A DNA stretch of 57,973 nucleotides, the filler included, from Sphacelaria rigidula (taxonomy: Eukaryota), in assembly GCA_964200075.2 (NCBI GenBank). It is 7 parts of 7 records of this genome, joined end to end, with 100 filler letters (N's around TTAATTAATTAA, not from the genome) between each part and the next. Parts side by side here need not be neighbours in the genome. Positions count along the whole stretch, not along the records: positions 49,779 to 57,973 come from CAXNAA020011952.1; 6 more parts are not named here. One strand, given 5' to 3'. Shown here in pieces: positions 53,217 through 57,973 of this stretch. Numbering within the stretch: the stretch's first letter is position 1; each line of letters begins with the position of its first letter. The notes below the pieces were generated by a model. That model was not told the DNA's origin and did no database searches. It saw nothing but the letters and a program-made list of their open reading frames with translations. The position numbers were made by a program, and so were the translations under genes.

Positions 53217-56049
53217 CCCCCTACTGCTCGAGCTATTTATCCGTTGTTCATCCTGGGACAGCAGAAATAGAAATAGATATGTTTTCATGCATCACGTGTG
53301 CGCCCAGTGATCATGTGTGTCATCGGCGTGCACCACACTAAGGACCGAAGTACCGTTGTTTCATGTTCTCCTTGAAGCAAAACCCTTGGTGAGCAGCCCA
53401 GCGTCGATTTTCATCACTCATAGATGACCTCTGAAGGAAAAAGATGGCGAGCACGAAAAAGGCCCCGCCGCTTTCTCTGTTTATTTTATTCTTTCTTCTG
53501 GAGGGGGCAACGCGACGGCGGTCAACCTTAAAGCTTCTGTTGGTGGCTCTTTCCTGCGAGCCGCTTTTTCTTGACCCCTTCGTAAACACACTCACATATC
53601 GTACGGTACCATTGGGGCAAGAAGGAAATCATGAAGTGGCTGGCGAGCACTTCGTATTTCTCTTGCTCATTATCATCATCATCATTATCAGCTATGTATC
53701 AATAGCGCAAATGTCTCTCCGCTCCATACTTTAATTAGTACACAAGTGACACTCAAATCCATACTCAATCCAAGTGAAAAATAAAGCTCGGAGCAGTTTT
53801 TCCGTTGTATACTCATCCGCGCCCTGGGTGTACATCTACTGTATTAATCATCTACCCTGGGGCTATATAGACAAGCCAACAAAGAAGTGCACGGCCCAAA
53901 CTAAAGTGCTAAGGCCTTTGTGCTGGAGGGGGGACATCGTCGCATTACTCCAAAGTCCCTCTGTGTACACGTACAAATCGGCGGTAAAAACACACCGCTC
54001 GCTGGGCTCAAATCTTACCCACCCTGGCAGTCGAAGGGTTGAAGGGTTGCCGCAAGAACCTGTATATTTACACATGTATATGTGCCTCACGAACCGGATT
54101 TTGGCATCCACACTAAAAACAAGTCGGACCAACAAACCCCTACCGAGTGGCGAACTTTACTGCAGAAAACAGTCATTTTCCGTATATGCTGTTCTCCGGA
54201 TGCACCCTGAAAATAAGAACACAAATTACGAAGAGGCAAACGATGACGCTCGTGTGCCCAGCTGTGCAGTGAACCAAAGGTAAAGGCGTGGCGTGGGCTG
54301 GAACAGACAGTATCATGGTCACTGTATTATGCGGTTCTGTTCGTTGGTGCTGCTGAGTGCAGCTGTACCGCCATGTGCACCGTACCTTTTGTACAGCATC
54401 CCTTGGCTGCCGCAAAGCTTCAGCTTTGTGTTCCGAAAAACGTGGGGGCAAGTAAAGAGGTCTGAGTCGGAGTAACTATTGTGAGTGCCTCGATGTATCA
54501 TAAATTATGCAGCCTGACAAATTATAAAGAGAGAAACGCTGGCGCTTGTGTGTACCCCGCCACACAATAAATCCAAGGTAGAGAGCGTGGCGTGTAAAAT
54601 ACTAGAACAAACCTCATGGTGACTGATGCAGTTCTGCTTGTTGCACGTATGCCGTGGAAGAATCTGCGTGTTTGCTCAGGTCAGGTTCTGAAGGTGTAAG
54701 GTTGTTCAGTTATATCTGATTCAGTCACGCCCGTTGAGATTTCCAGACCTGTCTTCGACTGATTCAGTGCGGAAAAATCACCGATCTTCCCAGAGAGCCA
54801 GTTTTGTGGTTCTTCGTGAGGGCCCAAGGGAGTGCAGTGCGATTGATCTGTGTTGGATCGGCATGAATGATGTGCAGACTGTAAGACCAACTCTTAATTA
54901 TGCGAGCTGTTGAAGTCTTATCAAGGCATACGGAGAACCCTCCGGCGAGGGGGCTGCGGAGTGTTCGCTACGTAAAGTGTGGCGTTGGCAGGCCTCAAAT
55001 CAGCGCTCATGTTGACGGAAACGATTTCTGCGCGCGCTATGAGCACTTGGGACTCCACTAAAGATCCGAATTTTGGTGTCGACTTATTAATCGAGTAAAA
55101 TTCTTCGTCGTCGCGGACGGATGCTGCATAAGCGGTACGGCGCACATGGTATCGATAGACTCAACACAACTAACAAAAAAAGAGCATAATGCAGACACCT
55201 AGATCTTGTTTGTTCCGGTGCGCGCCACGCCTTCCACCTTGGGTTCCCCGTCCAGCTGGGTACCCAAGCGGCAGCTATTTTCAAATCATGATTTTTCAAT
55301 TCCTCTGAAGAATTGTGCAAGTCCCACTTATGCGAACCCAACATGCCTCACAGTTCTGTCCAGAACCTTGGTTCTGTTTAGAGGAGACCTTAAACTTCTA
55401 GCCACGAGGAAGCCGCGTATCTTGAATCTGATGGCCCGGCTTTATAGCCCATGACATGGTGCCTATCTTGTCCGAACGCAACTGCCACCGGTAACTCCCG
55501 AAACGGTAAACCTGACGACCATTGTCCTTCTTGGTCCCCTGTCTGTGCTCATTTTTCATTTGATTTTGTTAAGGACGGCGGGTTGGACGGGAGACTCCTT
55601 TGAGGGCCGACCTTAACACCCCAGTTCTCCTCGGCGACATAAGCGATTCGAGCACTCTTTTTTTCGTCGTACGCTTCGATCTGAATGTACCGGGCTGTCA
55701 CCTTCTTTTCAGGACACGTCCTGCGCTCAGCAAAAAAGCTCTGCAAAATCTCTCATATTTGCAGGTTTCGAGGGTGACCTTGGAAAGCACTTGAAAAAAA
55801 GGTTCAACCACGGCACGTGTCAGCGGTGTGGAAGTGTATACGGCGTCTGAATGGGGAGGGCGTCGCCGTAACGCATGATTTCTCTATGTCGAGGACGTAT
55901 TCTATAATCAAGGGTATCCAAGGAAACGAATAAAAGTGATCTATGGTCAGTAAAATGTCGTCGAATAGTCCGGACACTTTTCGGAGGCTAACACCCCCCC
56001 CCCCGATTAGCATCCCCAACGGTGAGGCTTTCTTTCTTCTTTCGTAGCG

Positions 56050-56614
56050 ATGCATACGATTGGGTCACTGCGACGAAGAACATGGACAAATGGCATATTG
56101 GAGTCGAAAAGGGAGAAGAATAGTTTGAGGACACGTGGCGACGCGCGGATAAGCGAGAATCAGACCGCCGTCACTGCGTCGAGGGCTGCCAATCGGAGAA
56201 TCCAATCCTGTCTGCTCATATCGGTTGTTGATTATGTCCTTAGTCGGTGGCTCTGTGGTGCCCACTGGTGTGTATCTGTATCTACTCTGCTGCCCTAAAT
56301 CCCTTGGGCCTCTTCTTTTTTTTTTCATCGTTTTATTCTATTTTATTTTATTCGCTCTTGGCTTACCTCTTCAGTTCCTTTCTTTTGTGCTAGGTCGGCC
56401 GTTTCTTTCTGTGCTTTGCTTGTGTTGACTTTTTATTATTTTTTTTTCGTTACGACTTGGTCTGCCGTGTCGTTCTGCTCGACTTTTTGTTTTTCCTGCT
56501 CCTTCTTTTCTTCAGAGCGTGTTTCATTTTCGTTTTTATCGGGTACGTCTACCCTGAGACCACGGCTGGACCCCTGGGGGGTCAGGTAAAGTACGACAAT
56601 CAATCAATCAATCA
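56050..56614 (+). mobile_element. RTE-like LINE 3' end with (CAAT)n tail
   Basis: WVTATKNMDKWHIGVEKGEE*FEDTWRR remnant, T-rich UTR, terminal GAGACCACGGCTGGACCCCTGGGGGGTC...GTACGACAATCAATCAATCAATC. Confidence 0.85.
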
Positions 56615-56647
56615 GTGATTACGGTCAGTCGTTGGATTTCGCTTTTT

Positions 56648-56944
56648 CTTGTCGCACTTTGAGCCCGTCCCCTTCCCCTGGACGAGTCCGTGGTCTCAAG
56701 GTATCAACCCATCTCTGCCCGGTACACGCCTTCTATTTTGGTCTGGCGGATTGGGTCAGCGCTCCCGCACCGCGTCAACTCAAGTCAAACATCCTCAGTC
56801 GACTATTTTGTTAACTCACGTTCTCACGCTTTCCACGGTGAAAATCAGATATTACGAAGAAAAATCCCAATGCATCGGGAATCGAACCCTCGTTCTCTCC
56901 TCCGTAATGGCGACAGTCGTGTCATAACACCACCGGGGCGCGGC
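56648..56944 (-). mobile_element. tRNA-derived SINE family 1
   Basis: Colinear with 26280-26586; B box GGTTCGATTCC. Confidence 0.85.
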
Positions 56945-57261
56945 AAAAAGAATTTTGTGTACCCACGTCAGAGCCGCTCTCCATTGTTGGGCATTGTGTA
57001 CGAAAAATTCAAGATCGCTCCGAGATTCAAACTCACGACCCAACCGCTTGAAGATGTCGAGAGTACCAACTGAGACACCGGGGCGACCGGCAAAGTGGTG
57101 TAGAAGTCCTTTTTTCTTCGTACTGATCAATCGTGGTTAATGTCAGGCTCATCTCTTGTTTTTCGCCACTTTGTTCAAAACCTCCACGCATGCGAGACCC
57201 GTGGCGCTGATACCTTGGGCGCTGCTGCCACGGGCACCAGCCATGGCTCACCACCAGTGAC

Positions 57262-57404
57262 CAATTAATGAGGGTAAGATTTGCCCATCCCCATGGCCCT
57301 CGCCGTAAACACGATCCAAGAATCACATCTTCTCGAAAATGCGCCGACCACGCTACGCACCAAGGAACCTGTTTGTCGCAGGCGAGGGGAACTCAAAACC
57401 GTAT
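57262..57404 (-). pseudogene. Degenerate tandem duplicate of the Walker-A exon and its acceptor
   Basis: Aligns to 57437-57579 at ~175-nt offset; reads SLVRSVVGAFSRRCDSWIVFTARAMGMGKSYPH*; P-loop G>R, 1-nt insertion, stop, donor weakened to GTCACT. Confidence 0.8.
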
Positions 57405-57437
57405 CACCTCGACCACATCATTTGCCTTGCTCCTCAC

Positions 57438-57543
57438 CAATGAATGGTGTAAGATTTGCCCGCCCCCATGGCCCCCGCGGTGAACACGATCCAAGGATGC
57501 TCCTTCCTCGAACTTGCGCCGACCACGTTGCGGACCAGGGAAT
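57438..57543 (-). CDS. Internal exon of zeta-toxin-like P-loop kinase (Walker A: PWIVFTAGAMGAGKS)
   Basis: Acceptor ...AAACAG| at 57544-57545, donor CATTG|GTGAGG (phase 2); GxxGxGKS preceded by a hydrophobic strand. Confidence 0.85.
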
Positions 57544-57596
57544 CTGTTTGTCCAAGGCGAGGGGAACGCAAAGCCGTATGGCATTTGGTGCGGCAA

Positions 57597-57973
57597 CGAT
57601 TAAGGTGCTGTACAAAAAATCGGATCGGTCCAACTGCAACAACTACAGGGGGATCTCTCTGGNNNNNNNNNNGGAGGAACAATGCGGCTTCCGACCTGAC
57701 CGATCCACCGTCGACATGCTGTTCGTAGTGCGCCGACTCCACGAGCTGGGACGGCGGCGAAAAATTCCGCTGTATATGTGCTTCGTCGACCTCCAGAAGG
57801 CATATGACTCGGTCGACCGAGAGTTTCTGTGGCAGGTACTGGCCCGAACTGGTATTCCGGATGAGATGATAGCAGTTATCCGCCAATCCCACGACGGTAT
57901 GCAGGCCCGCGTACGCATGGACGACGGGGAGCTCTCGGAGTGGTTTGAAGTCACACAGGGACTGCGACAAGGA
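57597..57973 (+). mobile_element. RTE-clade LINE reverse transcriptase, 5'-truncated, runs off window
   Basis: IKVLYKKSDRSNCNNYRGISL / [17 protein letters not shown] / [14 protein letters not shown] / [10 protein letters not shown] are non-LTR RT motifs; antisense within the kinase gene intron. Confidence 0.95.

Noticed and set aside
54680..55800. Possible LTR-retrotransposon integrase remnant (also 27950-28600)
   Set aside because: No clear HHCC/DDE motifs could be read.

Overview
Eukaryotic, repeat-rich draft-assembly sequence, most likely a brown alga or another photosynthetic stramenopile. This is inferred from a bipartite signal plus 'A-F-x-P' plastid presequence, kb-long GT-AG introns around small exons, and the transposon content. 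Six ~100-nt N gaps carry an artificial TTAATTAATTAA linker. Almost all ORFs in the six-frame track are spurious. Two minus-strand intron-rich host genes can be partly rebuilt by hand. (1) A plastid-targeted GIY-YIG protein of the cyanobacterial/AtGrxS16-N-domain type (exons 15378-15161, probably 14755-14698, 11144-10986, 9385-9290; 3' exons not found). (2) A zeta-toxin-like P-loop kinase (exons 57543-57438 and 50370-50205), with a degenerate tandem copy of its Walker-A exon. A possible third coding exon lies at 37708-37076. The rest is transposable elements: RTE-like LINEs with (CAAT)n tails, a partner tRNA-derived SINE sharing their 3' end, and a second LINE family with a conserved 3' multi-stem RNA that inserts at C-runs and behind its own copies. 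There are also a second tRNA SINE, hAT-, Stowaway/mariner- and piggyBac-like MITEs, and DIRS-like fragments. I found no CRISPR array, rRNA or intact tRNA, and no firmly demonstrable novel system. The best leads are the structured C-run-targeting LINE end, the two prokaryote-like host genes and an intronic long hairpin. All family assignments are from remembered motifs, not database searches.
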